From: a virus
Direction: 5' to 3' (one strand)
Length of the DNA: 64,000 nucleotides
Virus record (IMG/VR): IMGVR_UViG_3300033064_003457
Span: 1 to 64,000 of that record
Shown here: positions 36,050-47,628 of the stretch, piece after piece
Layout of the letters: each line of letters starts with the position of its first letter
Position numbering within the stretch: the first letter of the stretch is position 1
Translations under genes and position numbers: made by a program
The notes under the pieces: generated by a model
What the model saw: only the letters and a program-made list of their open reading frames with translations
The model's database searches: none
What the model was told of the DNA's origin: nothing

Positions 36050-39000
36050 TTGCGACTCCACCAATCGGACAGCTTTCTTGTGAACAAAGTCCATCTAGAC
36101 TTAATATACTTGACTGTATCTCTATTGCGCAAATCGAATCTCTGCACGAATCCGTCTATAGCCTCTACTAACGTATCTTTTCTAAATCCTTCTATTCCGG
36201 CTATATATGGTCTGCCGGCGTATAGTAGTGGAGTAAAACTTATTGGCTCTCTTCTATCTACTGATAAAGCAGATAAAGAAAATATCAATCTTGCCCATAG
36301 CTCTGGCACTTTCTGTATAGAACGGAATGGCCACATAGTCCCAGAACTAAATGGTAACATGTGCCCTAAACGAAATGGCGACATCTTTCCCAATGGTATA
36401 TTTTCTAGGACTCTTAGGTTATCCATTCTCCTTGATAATGCATCAGAATATGATCCAGCCACTAGTGTTGCCCCTTTTGATAATATGTTGTTTACATAGC
36501 ACACCAGATCTGGCACTATTGTAGTAACAAAACCAGTATCTCTACTAAAATGATGTGTTACTTGCTCTACCTCTACCGGCCCATACATGTCATTAAAAAA
36601 ATCATTCATAAAAACAAAATCATAAGGCTTGATCGACGGATCGCCAAGTAGCGTAAGCCCACCAACATACATCTCTCTCATCCCTAGCCATAGATTGCTT
36701 AGGGAATAAAGCCACGCCAATGTTATGTCATGAGCATTTCTTTCTGATATTTTTTGTTCCTTTATTTTCTCTGGCCATATATCATCGTCTGCCTGAGCAG
36801 ATACTGTTTCAGCTGGTCCTAATTGTCCCTTCCTCTTAGAGTTAACCCATTCACTATCGCTACCATAACGCACAGTTGCTTTGTTATACATATATTGGTC
36901 AGAAGCAACAATATTGTTAGCGATTATATGGTGGACACTGTCCTTATAGTGATAGGTTCTTACTAACTTTCTATATTGGTCTCTATTGTATTCTTCAGTC
37001 CTTACTGCATTGTAGTCATTCACAAGCTCTGTCTCAGTGTATATCTTTCCATTGCTATCAGAATATCTATTTTCATTGCTTTCGTACTGTATAGATATGG
37101 TGTTTCCTTTAACGCTCCCTTTAAAGTCAAGATTCTTTCCAGACGCCAACGAATTAGATATAAACTTCACAGCATTTATCTTTGTTAGATCGTTTTCATT
37201 CTTACTGTTAAGATTGGATAGCGCTGTAGTGTCTAAAAAGTTTATAGCATTTTCGGAAGAAGCCTGCAAGAAACTAGTTCCACCAGAGATAGAAGATACT
37301 ACAGATTCTATATTTTTCTTTATTTTTTTATCGCTGGTACTATTATAAATATCTGTAAGATGGCTACCCAATATGTTTGCGTTTTTTCTTAAATTCTGTT
37401 GTGGCACTATCTCATATTTCCCTCTAACCATAGAAAGCTCATTTATTTTTTCCTCAGGAGTGCTTGTTCTTGTATCAAAATCAAACTCCTTATATATTCT
37501 GTTTTTTCTATTTGTGTAATAGTATGTACCATCTGCTGGACCAAAGTATATTGTGGCTCTATAGTCAAATGGCAATACAGCGCTGATGTATCCTGGCATT
37601 CTTCTAGTCATATCCTGAAATACATCCCATACTGTTTTGCCCTGAGCTATAAACGTACCCTTTGCTCCACCAAATATATTGTATAAATACGTCTGTTCTG
37701 GATGGTATATATTATCATCCTTAGGGTCGTTCCGCAATTCATATAAGTGTCTAAATGCAGGAAGATTTCTATGCCAACTTTCCCAATGGAAGTTAGATAG
37801 ATCTTTATTAAGAAAACCAGCCTCTACCTTCTTGCGCAATCCAGCAACTTTTTGTTGGCTAGTAAATTTTCCTAACCATTCCCATCTTCCAAAATGTAAT
37901 AAGTGTGGGCTCTTTACTGCTTTATCTAATATCTTAAACATTGCTACCCTGAATTCTGTGTAATTGTCTTTTGATGTAGGAGTAAGTAGCTCTACTCCAT
38001 ATCCCTGTGCTACTATATTCATGGTATCACCAGTGCTTACCTCAGCCACCATACCATTAAATACGATATCCAATAAATTTGGATCCGAGCTATATCCCAT
38101 CTTTATCTGAATGCGTGTTCCTGGTTTTAGTATGAACTGGTCAATCCGTTGTTCTAGCGCTGTCTCTTGTTTATCTATATCAAAAGATTCTGTAGGTCCT
38201 TTCTTACGATTTTTTGTTGCCTCATCATACAAACCATAATCTGAAGAATCGAGAACACCATATGTGTTTAGCAAACTTATTACGGCAGTGTCTGCTGCTT
38301 CTTTTCTTGATTTAATTATATCTATGCTATTAATAGCTCCGTATTCATACGGATCATCATATAACCCCCACTCCTCTGAATCCTCTTCAATGAAATATAA
38401 TTTAAATGTTGGAAATGCCCTAACCATCCTTAGGTCATTATCTTTTTGTTGATCTCTTATTCTTTTTGCTATTGTACCTAAGTGTTCTTTGCTTAACCTA
38501 TCATAGCTATATGTTTTTGTTATATTTGTTATTTGGCTATCGTCAATACTCCTGTCATCTCCAGCCGTAGCAATCTTTGATATTCCAATAACACTTTCAG
38601 TCTGGTCTTCTTTTGTCGATACTGGCTGACCCATTACTTCTTGTCTTTTGGCTGTATTTTTTTTTAGGTTCTCGTTGACAACCTTGGCTATAAGCATACC
38701 AAAAACCACCTTACCAACAACATATCTATCAACAACCTTCTTAAGTTTCATTAATGGACCAACATACGCCTCAGCATCGTTTATAAATTTTTCTTTACTA
38801 TCTATATCTTCAGGTATTAGCTGTATGTCTTTGTTTTCTAGTTTTTTGGCAATATCTTTTTCGCTAGGTGCCTTTTTCTCTTTATAATTTTTATTACTGT
38901 GAAGCATCTTCTCAAAAGTATCCATGCTTCTTTTTATGGCTTTATGTAGATTCGTATCACCATCTATCTGTTCCCATAGATATCTTTTATACATAAAAAA

Positions 39001-41520
39001 ATCAGGATCTACATCTGACCAATCGGACTGGAGTGGTTGTCTGTCTTGCTTGCCACCCATCCCAGATTTCTTATATGTATTTTTTAAATATAATCCATTG
39101 GTAATGTCTGAATACTTAGGTAACTCTAAATCTGGATAGCAGTAAGATCTTCTTAGTGGGCTATCAGCATCCCTAGAATTTTCTAGGTGCTGTACTAATA
39201 ACGGATGCTCAGTTTCGTTTAGTATCATTTTTTTTATATCATCTTCGTGCTCGATAGCTAGAACCCCAGCTATACTATCTAGGCTATTATTAAATAGCAG
39301 ACCATCGTCTTTACCATTGAAAGAATCAATAAAATCAAGAGAATAGTCCTTAACAATAGACGATCTACCGCTAGGACTAAGATTGGTTGTGTTTGCTGGA
39401 GACTTGTTTGACAATGCTGATTTTTCTATTCCTTGCTGAGCTTCTGATAGTTTCTTCCAGTCTCTATACCCTTGATTCCATTCATTCCAGTGAGAGATAA
39501 TCAAGTTGTTTTCTTTATTAGAGCCATAAAGCCATCCATCATTCTGGTTAGACAATGTTTTGTAGTAGTAACCATATTCAGCATATTGCCCAGAAAATCT
39601 ACCATTTGCTGCATACTTATGAGACTTGTCAAGCATCCATCTGGCAGCTTTTTTAATTTCTTCGTCACTAGTTATGCCTTGTCTTTTAAGTTTTTGGGCC
39701 TCTCTTGTCTCTAGCTTGTATTCCGACAACATTATAGACAACGAATATAACCCAGGATTTTCTGGTACCGTGTCTATGTTAAAAGAATTGATGGCAAAAT
39801 ATCTCATACCACAAAACTGTAATAGCTCATTTTTTATTAGTATGAAATTATTTCTTGTTATATTATTATTTGTTCTTGATGCTCCACCAGTTTTTTCTAT
39901 CATCTTACTAAACTCATTAACTTTTGATATGTTTGTGGCGAACATGTTTATTGATACATCAGTGTTATAGCTACCTAAATATTGGCACGTAGGATTCTTG
40001 TGTGACAATATCGGCAAGAACTGAATTATGTTTTTGAAGGATATAGATATGCCAGATATTTCTAATCCATCTCCTATCTCCATCTCATCAGTAGCAACTG
40101 AATCAGTGCTATCTTCATTATCATCAACTGGGCTTATATTCTCTATGTATGCTATCGTTGTTTTGCTATCGCCAGCAACCTTTTTAAGATTAAGTTTTTT
40201 ATTGTCTTCTGTTTCACTCAAAAATCTTCTAGCGTACCAATCAATGAATAGGGAACACTCCCACACATTCTGTGTCCACCTGTCTTCTCCTCCATCTGCT
40301 ATAAAAGCAAAGTCCTCAGAGAATGGTTCATAGTTAAATATGTAAAGAGATATTCTACAAGCAAGCGTCTCCGGAAAGTCTGGTACAGTTGAGATTGAAA
40401 GTTGTGACAGTACTCCAACTATTGGCTTGTTAAGCATTCTTTCCTGCAAACATTCTTTTCGCAGGCGTGAACTTTGTGTTGATAGATCCTCTAAGCTACT
40501 TTGTAATCCATCCAGTTTTGATATATCTCTCTCTAGAGCTACAAGGCTTTTCTCATCTGAGTTGTTAACATTGATCTCTTTCCGCAATAAAGTAGCAAAG
40601 CTAACAGTTTTTTCGTTATTAGGTTTTACTCTTATATCTTCGTCAGCTATGGAACTTGGTGGTATCTCACTGGGGTTTTTGAAATAAGACTCTACGAGTG
40701 TCATCATTGATTCTTGACTAATATACCCTCTGTCTTGCAGTCTTTTTAGTATACCTGTTATATCGTTTTCAGCTGTCTTGCTTTCGCTGCTAACCTTAAC
40801 TAGATCCTCAACAATGGTATCTTTGTTGCTACTCTCGGAGTTGTACTGGATATTAAACGGGGTAAGAATATTTTCTAAATAACTATTCTTAATTGGTAAA
40901 AATGGTGTAGTCTTGTATTGTGCCAATAGTGGTCTTAGTTTGTTATTTATATCATCAAGGCCATTGAAAACAATATCGAGATCCACTCTTGTAGTAGACC
41001 TTCCAGAAGACAGTATTGTTTCACCTACGCTTCTTAATGTATCAAACCTAAAATTTTGTCTTTCGTCAGATACGCTTATCTGGCTAGGAGGTATAGAAAG
41101 AAAAACAGTACCTATGGAGAAACTATCTTCACGTGAGAATTCTTTTGACTCAATTTGTTTTTGGATACGAAGCTTTTCTTCACTAATAACATTATTATCT
41201 TTTGAGTCATTAGCTGTGTCTTTGCTATCTTTCTTTACTTCAGCGTACTTCCTATTAAACTCATCATAGTTATACCTTAGATTAAGAAGCTCAGAGTCTG
41301 ATTTCCCAGTAGATGTTTTTAGATCCCTATAGTGAGATGCTTCTACCAAATCATCAGTAGTATAACTCCGAAGGGAAACTTTGCTTTTGTAATTGTTTTT
41401 CCATTGATCATAATTATTAGAGTACAGATTATACTCAGCAAGAAAATCGTATATATTTTCTGTGTCAGAGAGTTTTAATTTAGAAATTTTTGTGTATTCT
41501 TCTAGATTATATGTGCCCAT
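36046..41520 (-). CDS. Very large baseplate hub / tail protein (1824 aa)
   Basis: LKPGTRIQIKMGYS...VFNGMVAEV...IVAQGYGVEL and LLGDPSIKPYD...VEQVTHHFS..GFVTTI are hub (gp27/gpD-like) motifs. Confidence 0.7.
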   Translation of the reverse strand: MGTYNLEEYTKISKLKLSDTENIYDFLAEYNLYSNNYDQWKNNYKSKVSLRSYTTDDLVEASHYRDLKTSTGKSDSELLNLRYNYDEFNRKYAEVKKDSKDTANDSKDNNVISEEKLRIQKQIESKEFSREDSFSIGTVFLSIPPSQISVSDERQNFRFDTLRSVGETILSSGRSTTRVDLDIVFNGLDDINNKLRPLLAQYKTTPFLPIKNSYLENILTPFNIQYNSESSNKDTIVEDLVKVSSESKTAENDITGILKRLQDRGYISQESMMTLVESYFKNPSEIPPSSIADEDIRVKPNNEKTVSFATLLRKEINVNNSDEKSLVALERDISKLDGLQSSLEDLSTQSSRLRKECLQERMLNKPIVGVLSQLSISTVPDFPETLACRISLYIFNYEPFSEDFAFIADGGEDRWTQNVWECSLFIDWYARRFLSETEDNKKLNLKKVAGDSKTTIAYIENISPVDDNEDSTDSVATDEMEIGDGLEISGISISFKNIIQFLPILSHKNPTCQYLGSYNTDVSINMFATNISKVNEFSKMIEKTGGASRTNNNITRNNFILIKNELLQFCGMRYFAINSFNIDTVPENPGLYSLSIMLSEYKLETREAQKLKRQGITSDEEIKKAARWMLDKSHKYAANGRFSGQYAEYGYYYKTLSNQNDGWLYGSNKENNLIISHWNEWNQGYRDWKKLSEAQQGIEKSALSNKSPANTTNLSPSGRSSIVKDYSLDFIDSFNGKDDGLLFNNSLDSIAGVLAIEHEDDIKKMILNETEHPLLVQHLENSRDADSPLRRSYCYPDLELPKYSDITNGLYLKNTYKKSGMGGKQDRQPLQSDWSDVDPDFFMYKRYLWEQIDGDTNLHKAIKRSMDTFEKMLHSNKNYKEKKAPSEKDIAKKLENKDIQLIPEDIDSKEKFINDAEAYVGPLMKLKKVVDRYVVGKVVFGMLIAKVVNENLKKNTAKRQEVMGQPVSTKEDQTESVIGISKIATAGDDRSIDDSQITNITKTYSYDRLSKEHLGTIAKRIRDQQKDNDLRMVRAFPTFKLYFIEEDSEEWGLYDDPYEYGAINSIDIIKSRKEAADTAVISLLNTYGVLDSSDYGLYDEATKNRKKGPTESFDIDKQETALEQRIDQFILKPGTRIQIKMGYSSDPNLLDIVFNGMVAEVSTGDTMNIVAQGYGVELLTPTSKDNYTEFRVAMFKILDKAVKSPHLLHFGRWEWLGKFTSQQKVAGLRKKVEAGFLNKDLSNFHWESWHRNLPAFRHLYELRNDPKDDNIYHPEQTYLYNIFGGAKGTFIAQGKTVWDVFQDMTRRMPGYISAVLPFDYRATIYFGPADGTYYYTNRKNRIYKEFDFDTRTSTPEEKINELSMVRGKYEIVPQQNLRKNANILGSHLTDIYNSTSDKKIKKNIESVVSSISGGTSFLQASSENAINFLDTTALSNLNSKNENDLTKINAVKFISNSLASGKNLDFKGSVKGNTISIQYESNENRYSDSNGKIYTETELVNDYNAVRTEEYNRDQYRKLVRTYHYKDSVHHIIANNIVASDQYMYNKATVRYGSDSEWVNSKRKGQLGPAETVSAQADDDIWPEKIKEQKISERNAHDITLAWLYSLSNLWLGMREMYVGGLTLLGDPSIKPYDFVFMNDFFNDMYGPVEVEQVTHHFSRDTGFVTTIVPDLVCYVNNILSKGATLVAGSYSDALSRRMDNLRVLENIPLGKMSPFRLGHMLPFSSGTMWPFRSIQKVPELWARLIFSLSALSVDRREPISFTPLLYAGRPYIAGIEGFRKDTLVEAIDGFVQRFDLRNRDTVKYIKSRWTLFTRKLSDWWSRK

Positions 41521-41522
41521 AA

Positions 41523-43760
41523 TTATCTGTTGAGGTATTCAGCAAACTCCCTTTGTATGCTATGTGAATTAACTTTTCTGCTATTATCTGTTACGTTCAA
41601 ATCTATGTTGGCATTGTTTACACCCAACGCATTACGTGACAATGAACTCATAGTATGAGCAAGCCCATTGTATTCAAGAGTATTATTATTGTCTTCTGTT
41701 TCTATGTTTACATTTGTATCATATCCAGGCTGTCTGTTAACTACTCTTACTGGAGAATTATTAGTCGGAGCGGCCTCTGTGGGGAATCTATCCGATGGCT
41801 CTCCATACATACTAGATGGTATGTCTCCTGGATCCATTAATGGTCTCTTACGCGAAGACCTTGTAGCACTCCAAAGAAACAGTGCTCCTGCTGCTAGGGC
41901 TATTCCCATTAGGCCATACTTTAGCTTACTTGCTGCACCTCCGGCTAAACCCTTCTCTATTGTTTTAGAGTCCTTTATGAAATCTGTCATTGGTTTTCTA
42001 GGAAATCTTGAGACCAATGATTCTTTTGCTTTCTGAGTTGCCTTGATATATTTATCCCCTCTTCCACGAACTATATCGTCAAGGACCTCTTGAACAGCGG
42101 CTTCTTTCCCAGTACCAGCCATTCCTGGCAACGGCCTTGTCCACGCAAGCTTGTATTTATCTGGCACTTCTTTCCATCCAAACCTTTCTGTCTTGAATGT
42201 ACCAGGACTTGTTTCTACTGTTTTATATGCTGCTGCTTCATGAGGAAAAACCTTTACAAAATATTCACCTTTCTTGGGATATATTCTAGCAAACATTTCT
42301 GTCTTTAACAACCCCTGAGTCCCACGATCAATTTCTCTAGCATAGTCATGTTGTAACCAACCAAGCGATTGGCCTGATTCTGTTACTGCTTCTGTGGCAA
42401 ATTTATGATAAGTTTCATGGAACCATTCGGGTCTTCTTACCAGCCTAACCTTAAATAGATCAGGGGCAGACGCTTCTGAGCCAAACTTCTCAGCATAGCT
42501 TTTCATCACTGGTCCAAGAAATTGTGCTCTTTTTGTTTGCTGTGATATAATAGTAGCATATTCAGGCTTTGATAATTCTGCTACCTTTGCGGTTATACCA
42601 CCAGAAAGCTGTAGTCGTGTACCTACTGATGATTTCTCTACAAGCTCCCTTGCTCCCTCGTATCCACGTATGTTGAGTTTTTCTAGTCCTCCGCCAGACA
42701 GGTCTTCTATGTTTTTAATTATATTTTTTTGGAATTGGCTCGCGGCTGATGCATCTATTCTTTTCTTTGGTATCCTAACTGGCTTTATCTGCCCTTTTCT
42801 CGGACCTCTAGTGACTAGTTCATTCTTAAGAGCTTCCTCACCACCGATGCCCTCAATGGCCTTGGATAGATACTCTTCAGCCCTGTCACTAATACCAGCA
42901 GTTTTTCTTATTGAGCCTATGGCTCTTTCATAAAATTCATCGTCACCAAACATTGACTTTACCATTTTGGTAGATACTGCTTTACCAGGGAACGCTTCTT
43001 CTATCCTTAACCTCATCCACTGCAACTTTCTAAGTAGTGAACTAGGCTTGGCTTTAGCTAACTCCTCAGCTACTGGCTCTAGTGATCTTTCCAGTACTCT
43101 GCCAGTTATTCTTCTACCACCAAGGAGTAATGGCTTGCCAGTTTTTTCACTAGCAAGATATTTGGTTTGCCCAAACATCTGATGTACTCCAGACAATGCC
43201 TGTTCCTGGGTCATGTATATCTTCTTCATTGAAGATAGCGTTGGCCTTCCCATGTAATACGAACCTTTTGGTACTGGCCCCAATCCATAGGAATATATAG
43301 GTAATGAATGCCCTCCAGATGTATACTTGGTAAACAACCCTCTCTCTATACCTACCATTTCTTCTGCGAAACTAGACTGGGATATGGAGCTCTTACGTAT
43401 TATTCCTTTTCTCATAGGGTCTAACACTTGTGCCCCACCACCAACAGCAGCATATCCTTGCTGTTCCATGAACTCAGGTGAGTACGCCCTTGGAGATATA
43501 CCTCTAAAAAAACTGTCTCTAGTAGCTGCATGGCTCGATAGCCATTTATTAACACCACCACTTCCAGCAACTTCGTTCTTAGAATAGAACTCACTCCAGC
43601 CACGACCACCGGAGCTAGCCGAAATTGCCTCCATCTCTTCATTTATCCTTGGGCCTAGTCCACGTGTTTGAGTTGATGGCATCCAGTAGTTTTCTTCAAA
43701 GTTAAACTCACCAGGCCTGCCTTCAGAGTATGAGTATCCTGTAAATTTCTTTTTAAGCAT
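41523..43760 (-). CDS. Basic tail-associated protein (745 aa), tape-measure-like or ejected protein
   Basis: K/R/G-rich, one hydrophobic segment (GLMGIALAAGALFLW); lies between the TMP-like gene and the hub. Confidence 0.45.
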   Translation of the reverse strand: MLKKKFTGYSYSEGRPGEFNFEENYWMPSTQTRGLGPRINEEMEAISASSGGRGWSEFYSKNEVAGSGGVNKWLSSHAATRDSFFRGISPRAYSPEFMEQQGYAAVGGGAQVLDPMRKGIIRKSSISQSSFAEEMVGIERGLFTKYTSGGHSLPIYSYGLGPVPKGSYYMGRPTLSSMKKIYMTQEQALSGVHQMFGQTKYLASEKTGKPLLLGGRRITGRVLERSLEPVAEELAKAKPSSLLRKLQWMRLRIEEAFPGKAVSTKMVKSMFGDDEFYERAIGSIRKTAGISDRAEEYLSKAIEGIGGEEALKNELVTRGPRKGQIKPVRIPKKRIDASAASQFQKNIIKNIEDLSGGGLEKLNIRGYEGARELVEKSSVGTRLQLSGGITAKVAELSKPEYATIISQQTKRAQFLGPVMKSYAEKFGSEASAPDLFKVRLVRRPEWFHETYHKFATEAVTESGQSLGWLQHDYAREIDRGTQGLLKTEMFARIYPKKGEYFVKVFPHEAAAYKTVETSPGTFKTERFGWKEVPDKYKLAWTRPLPGMAGTGKEAAVQEVLDDIVRGRGDKYIKATQKAKESLVSRFPRKPMTDFIKDSKTIEKGLAGGAASKLKYGLMGIALAAGALFLWSATRSSRKRPLMDPGDIPSSMYGEPSDRFPTEAAPTNNSPVRVVNRQPGYDTNVNIETEDNNNTLEYNGLAHTMSSLSRNALGVNNANIDLNVTDNSRKVNSHSIQREFAEYLNR

Positions 43761-46700
43761 ATATTGTTTCCCTCATAGAGGCAGCGTACTCGCTCTTTCT
43801 GTTGCGTTTTATGTTAAGCTTTAACTTAATATTATCAGCACTGGATGGTGTTCTAACTATATTTATTCTTGTTCCTACAAACCCCTGGTTTACTAACTCA
43901 TCATGCAATATATTCTGTAGGGAAGATAGGTTATTGTTCTTGTGTATGTCTTCTATTGTTGGAACATACGGTCTTCTCTCTAGTTGTCGTCCTTGAGACT
44001 CCCATAAGTTGAAATCATGAATGTCCATGCCTTCGTTCTTTACAACCTTGTATTTAACATCATCTATGTCTACGTCTGGATGCCAACCAACCCAATTAGC
44101 CGAAGGTAGGTGATGGGTCTTGAAGAAATCAACAGTATCCCTAGCTGCGGTATCTTCAACGTTGTATTGCTGTGGCGCACCATCTTTCTTGTCTCTCATG
44201 TTCCATTGGGCTTTATACAACTTTTGCATTTGGTCTGGAACCATTGCTAATATTTCATCCCTTTCCGATCCTTCTGCCTCTACAAATGAATCAAAGAATG
44301 CCCTTTCGCGTTTAGGAATAGAAGCTATAGGAAAAGTGCTGTCAAGATTTGTCCCAACCATTGTTTTATTGGATAGCTTCTTGTACTTATTACGTAGACT
44401 CATCTTTCCTTGATCCTTAGCAATCCCAGATAGCTGTAAATATTTAACATATTTCATTTTGTCGAAGTACTCTTCATACTCTCTTCTTTGGGACTCTTCG
44501 TTAGGAACAAACTCTTTTCCAAAAAGATCAGCAAATCTACCCCTTACTTTGTTTGTCCATGGCATAACAAAATCTCTTATTGGATGCCCCCAACTAGTAA
44601 ACTCACTACCGTATAGCCGATAGTCTTTGTACGTTGATGCTGCTGTTCTATATGGAAAGAACTTGCTTATTGGTGCTAGTGGAGTGGCTTCTGTTAATGC
44701 TGCAGCGTTAGTTATTGATGCAGACACATGGCGATATATAGTGCTAACCGGCCTAATAAATCCAGGGACATCTTCGGACGGTTCCAGCTCAAGAAATTCG
44801 TATTCTTTCATCGTTTCGCTACGTTGTGATATCTTTTTTTGCACTTGCCCTGACCAATAGTCATCATCCCTTGTCATTGACTTTGCCAGGTACCTATAAT
44901 GCTTATACTCATTGGAATATGGGGCAACATCGGCTAATATCATAAATCTGTCTACAGCATCATATGTTGCAGGAACACCAGAATGTAGTCTATTAAGCGA
45001 TTCATACCCAGCCCCAGGTAGTCTTGCTTCACCCATAGGTATTTTTACGTAAGGGTCACCGTGCTTGTAGTCTAGATAATAATCACTGCCTGGCATCCAA
45101 TCGGGCATTTCATTTTGTATAGGGTTCCACTCATCTATACCCCTTCTTCTATGTGGCAAGAACCTACGTAAGAACTCTGTGGCTAATGGGTCGCCAGCCT
45201 CTACATCCCAGTAGCTTCTTTCGTATCCAGTAGCCCTTCTAGCGCTCTGGATAATTGGGCCATTTGGCAATAGATCAGATCTACCTGTTAACCTCGCAAC
45301 TAACTGCTGAGCCATAAACCCCCTAAAACCCATTTGCTCAGTTAACGTGTACATTGCCTCTGAGGCCTTCCATTTAGTTTCATCTGGAGATATGGCAGGA
45401 AACGTTTCTTCGGAAGATAACTCACCCATGCCAAGCATTGATCCTGCCCCAGCAACAACATCTCTGTCCTGAACCATGCCCTGAGGAACACCCCAGTAAC
45501 CAGTATGCATTGGCCTTTGTGGCTTTATGACCTCACCTATAGTTGTATTGCCTAACCATGCAAATGGCATTGTTGGCTCAAATAATTCACCTGTTGTAGG
45601 GTATGGCCTGTCTTTATAGTGCTTTTTTTCCCAATAATACGGATCCCACAACTTACCAGTAAGTATTGGAGCCAGTACTGGAGATAGCGGTGAACCTTGG
45701 CCCCAGTATTCTGCTTCGGAATTCCAAAGCTGTCCTTTGTACTGGTACTTGCTTTTCATCAATGGATACCAATGAGGTCTCCAGTATTGTATCTTTCCAC
45801 CACCCCAAGGATTTCTCCCCAATGGCCAATACCTTCCCTTTCTTATTGGTATATCTCTCTCTCCAGTATATATCTCGTGTAGCTCTTCTGGAGTTTGTGT
45901 TATGTCTCCCCAAAGAAGCAACGCAAGGGCTATACCAAAAGCCAAACCAGTTCTTGCCCCTTTTGTACCACCAAATTTCTTCCCCGCAGCTGCAGCCCAT
46001 AGTGGTGCTGTGGCTTGAGCTATTTTTGCTGCTGGGCTCATTAACGTTCCAGGAAAGGCTGCTTCCATCGTTTCAGCAAAACGTCTAATCCCAGTGAGCT
46101 CTAGAGCAGTCTGCTGGGTCTCTCTTCCTGAGGTATACATTTTAGCAACAATATCAGTAGGACCCCATCCTCCGGTTGCTTGGCTGGCAAGAAAGTTAAC
46201 AAAATTATAGGAAGTATACATTCCTATACCGGCGCCTACAACTCTGCCCCATTTTCCTAAGTATCTAGCAAAATATTCTCCCCATGATCCCTCAGAGGCT
46301 CCGAAAGATTTAGCTATTCCACTAGTAACACGGTTTAAGCGAGAAGATACACCTATGCCAAAAGTCTCTTCCAGTGGCATACCAAAGGCTGTGCCTTCGG
46401 TCCATATCATAGCTATTCTTTTTGCTGCTCCACCAGCTGGAGAAAGATACGCCCCTGCTGGTTTTTTACCAAGCATACCACCAAGAGCCATACCTGGCTT
46501 AGCATATACTCTAGGATCAATAGGGAATGGCATTCCAGATGCTGGATGCTTTTGGCCAAACTCACCTAGCTTACGAACTGTTCTTTCTACCTTCTGCAAT
46601 AATCCAGACCCATGCCTAGAGTACATTTCCCCTATACCAAGCTTTGTTTGGGCTCTATACAGCCTATAAGCTGCGTGAGTAGACTTGCTCCTTAGCTGTT

Positions 46701-47628
46701 GCTTAGCTAATATTTTGAATGTTTGTTTGTAAGAAGTCTCTATCCCGCTAGCTTGACTTTTGAAAAACTTTTTTGGGGTTAGTATTTTCGGAGCAGACTT
46801 TCTTATTATGCTGGCTTGTTTGGCAAGTTCTTTTATGCTTGATTCTTTGGATGTACCGGCACCAAACCCTCTTACGTATCTAGCAAAAGCTAAGCGTCTT
46901 TCTTCTTCTAACATAACGCTCTTGCTTGGCATTCTTACTGAGCGCACAAACGCTCTTATATTTTTATGCTCCGCAGCAACATCACCAGTTCGTCTAGCGG
47001 CTTCCATTCTTGCGCCTGGCAAGCTTCTTAACGCAAGACGCATGTTCTTTACGCTTGCTTTTATTTCCCCTGACTCTCCTATAGTATGTAGAACACCTCC
47101 GGAGAATACTCCACCATACTTACCAACAGTCTCCTTGCCTATACCTAGTGTAGCGTTTGGTCCAACCAATCCAGCTGCTGGCCCTCTCATGAACGTATTC
47201 CACTTTGTCCACCCTTCCAGGTTTTGTTTCACGCTACTTGGAAGTTTGACAAAATCAAGCTTAAGCCCCATCTTTGGAGCTGAAGCTATAGCCATATTTA
47301 ATTGTTCTTGAGCAGTAGGAAATGGCTTAAGTACTGCTTCTGACCAACCACGTACAACCGACGGTATTTTTTTAAATCTTGACTGTGATAATTTTGTTTT
47401 TAAAACGTACTTATCAAACCTGTCAAAACCCTTACCTAGCCTTTTAGCAGAAGACGAAAAGTAACGAGTTAATGCTATCTTTCTTCTAGCTAAGATAAAT
47501 CCAGCCGCAGTAGCTATTAATGGAAGAGCATTACCTATACCTCCGCCATCCCCCTCAAGTCTCTTCTGAGAAGCGATTTGGTCGTCAATGTTTAATAAAT
47601 AATCTTCTCTGTTTGGTGGCATGGGCAT
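43753..47628 (-). CDS. Tape-measure-like protein (1291 aa)
   Basis: Directly follows the tail chaperones; A/G/K-rich helical N-half with hydrophobic segments. Confidence 0.55.
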   Translation of the reverse strand: MPMPPNREDYLLNIDDQIASQKRLEGDGGGIGNALPLIATAAGFILARRKIALTRYFSSSAKRLGKGFDRFDKYVLKTKLSQSRFKKIPSVVRGWSEAVLKPFPTAQEQLNMAIASAPKMGLKLDFVKLPSSVKQNLEGWTKWNTFMRGPAAGLVGPNATLGIGKETVGKYGGVFSGGVLHTIGESGEIKASVKNMRLALRSLPGARMEAARRTGDVAAEHKNIRAFVRSVRMPSKSVMLEEERRLAFARYVRGFGAGTSKESSIKELAKQASIIRKSAPKILTPKKFFKSQASGIETSYKQTFKILAKQQLRSKSTHAAYRLYRAQTKLGIGEMYSRHGSGLLQKVERTVRKLGEFGQKHPASGMPFPIDPRVYAKPGMALGGMLGKKPAGAYLSPAGGAAKRIAMIWTEGTAFGMPLEETFGIGVSSRLNRVTSGIAKSFGASEGSWGEYFARYLGKWGRVVGAGIGMYTSYNFVNFLASQATGGWGPTDIVAKMYTSGRETQQTALELTGIRRFAETMEAAFPGTLMSPAAKIAQATAPLWAAAAGKKFGGTKGARTGLAFGIALALLLWGDITQTPEELHEIYTGERDIPIRKGRYWPLGRNPWGGGKIQYWRPHWYPLMKSKYQYKGQLWNSEAEYWGQGSPLSPVLAPILTGKLWDPYYWEKKHYKDRPYPTTGELFEPTMPFAWLGNTTIGEVIKPQRPMHTGYWGVPQGMVQDRDVVAGAGSMLGMGELSSEETFPAISPDETKWKASEAMYTLTEQMGFRGFMAQQLVARLTGRSDLLPNGPIIQSARRATGYERSYWDVEAGDPLATEFLRRFLPHRRRGIDEWNPIQNEMPDWMPGSDYYLDYKHGDPYVKIPMGEARLPGAGYESLNRLHSGVPATYDAVDRFMILADVAPYSNEYKHYRYLAKSMTRDDDYWSGQVQKKISQRSETMKEYEFLELEPSEDVPGFIRPVSTIYRHVSASITNAAALTEATPLAPISKFFPYRTAASTYKDYRLYGSEFTSWGHPIRDFVMPWTNKVRGRFADLFGKEFVPNEESQRREYEEYFDKMKYVKYLQLSGIAKDQGKMSLRNKYKKLSNKTMVGTNLDSTFPIASIPKRERAFFDSFVEAEGSERDEILAMVPDQMQKLYKAQWNMRDKKDGAPQQYNVEDTAARDTVDFFKTHHLPSANWVGWHPDVDIDDVKYKVVKNEGMDIHDFNLWESQGRQLERRPYVPTIEDIHKNNNLSSLQNILHDELVNQGFVGTRINIVRTPSSADNIKLKLNIKRNRKSEYAASMRETIYA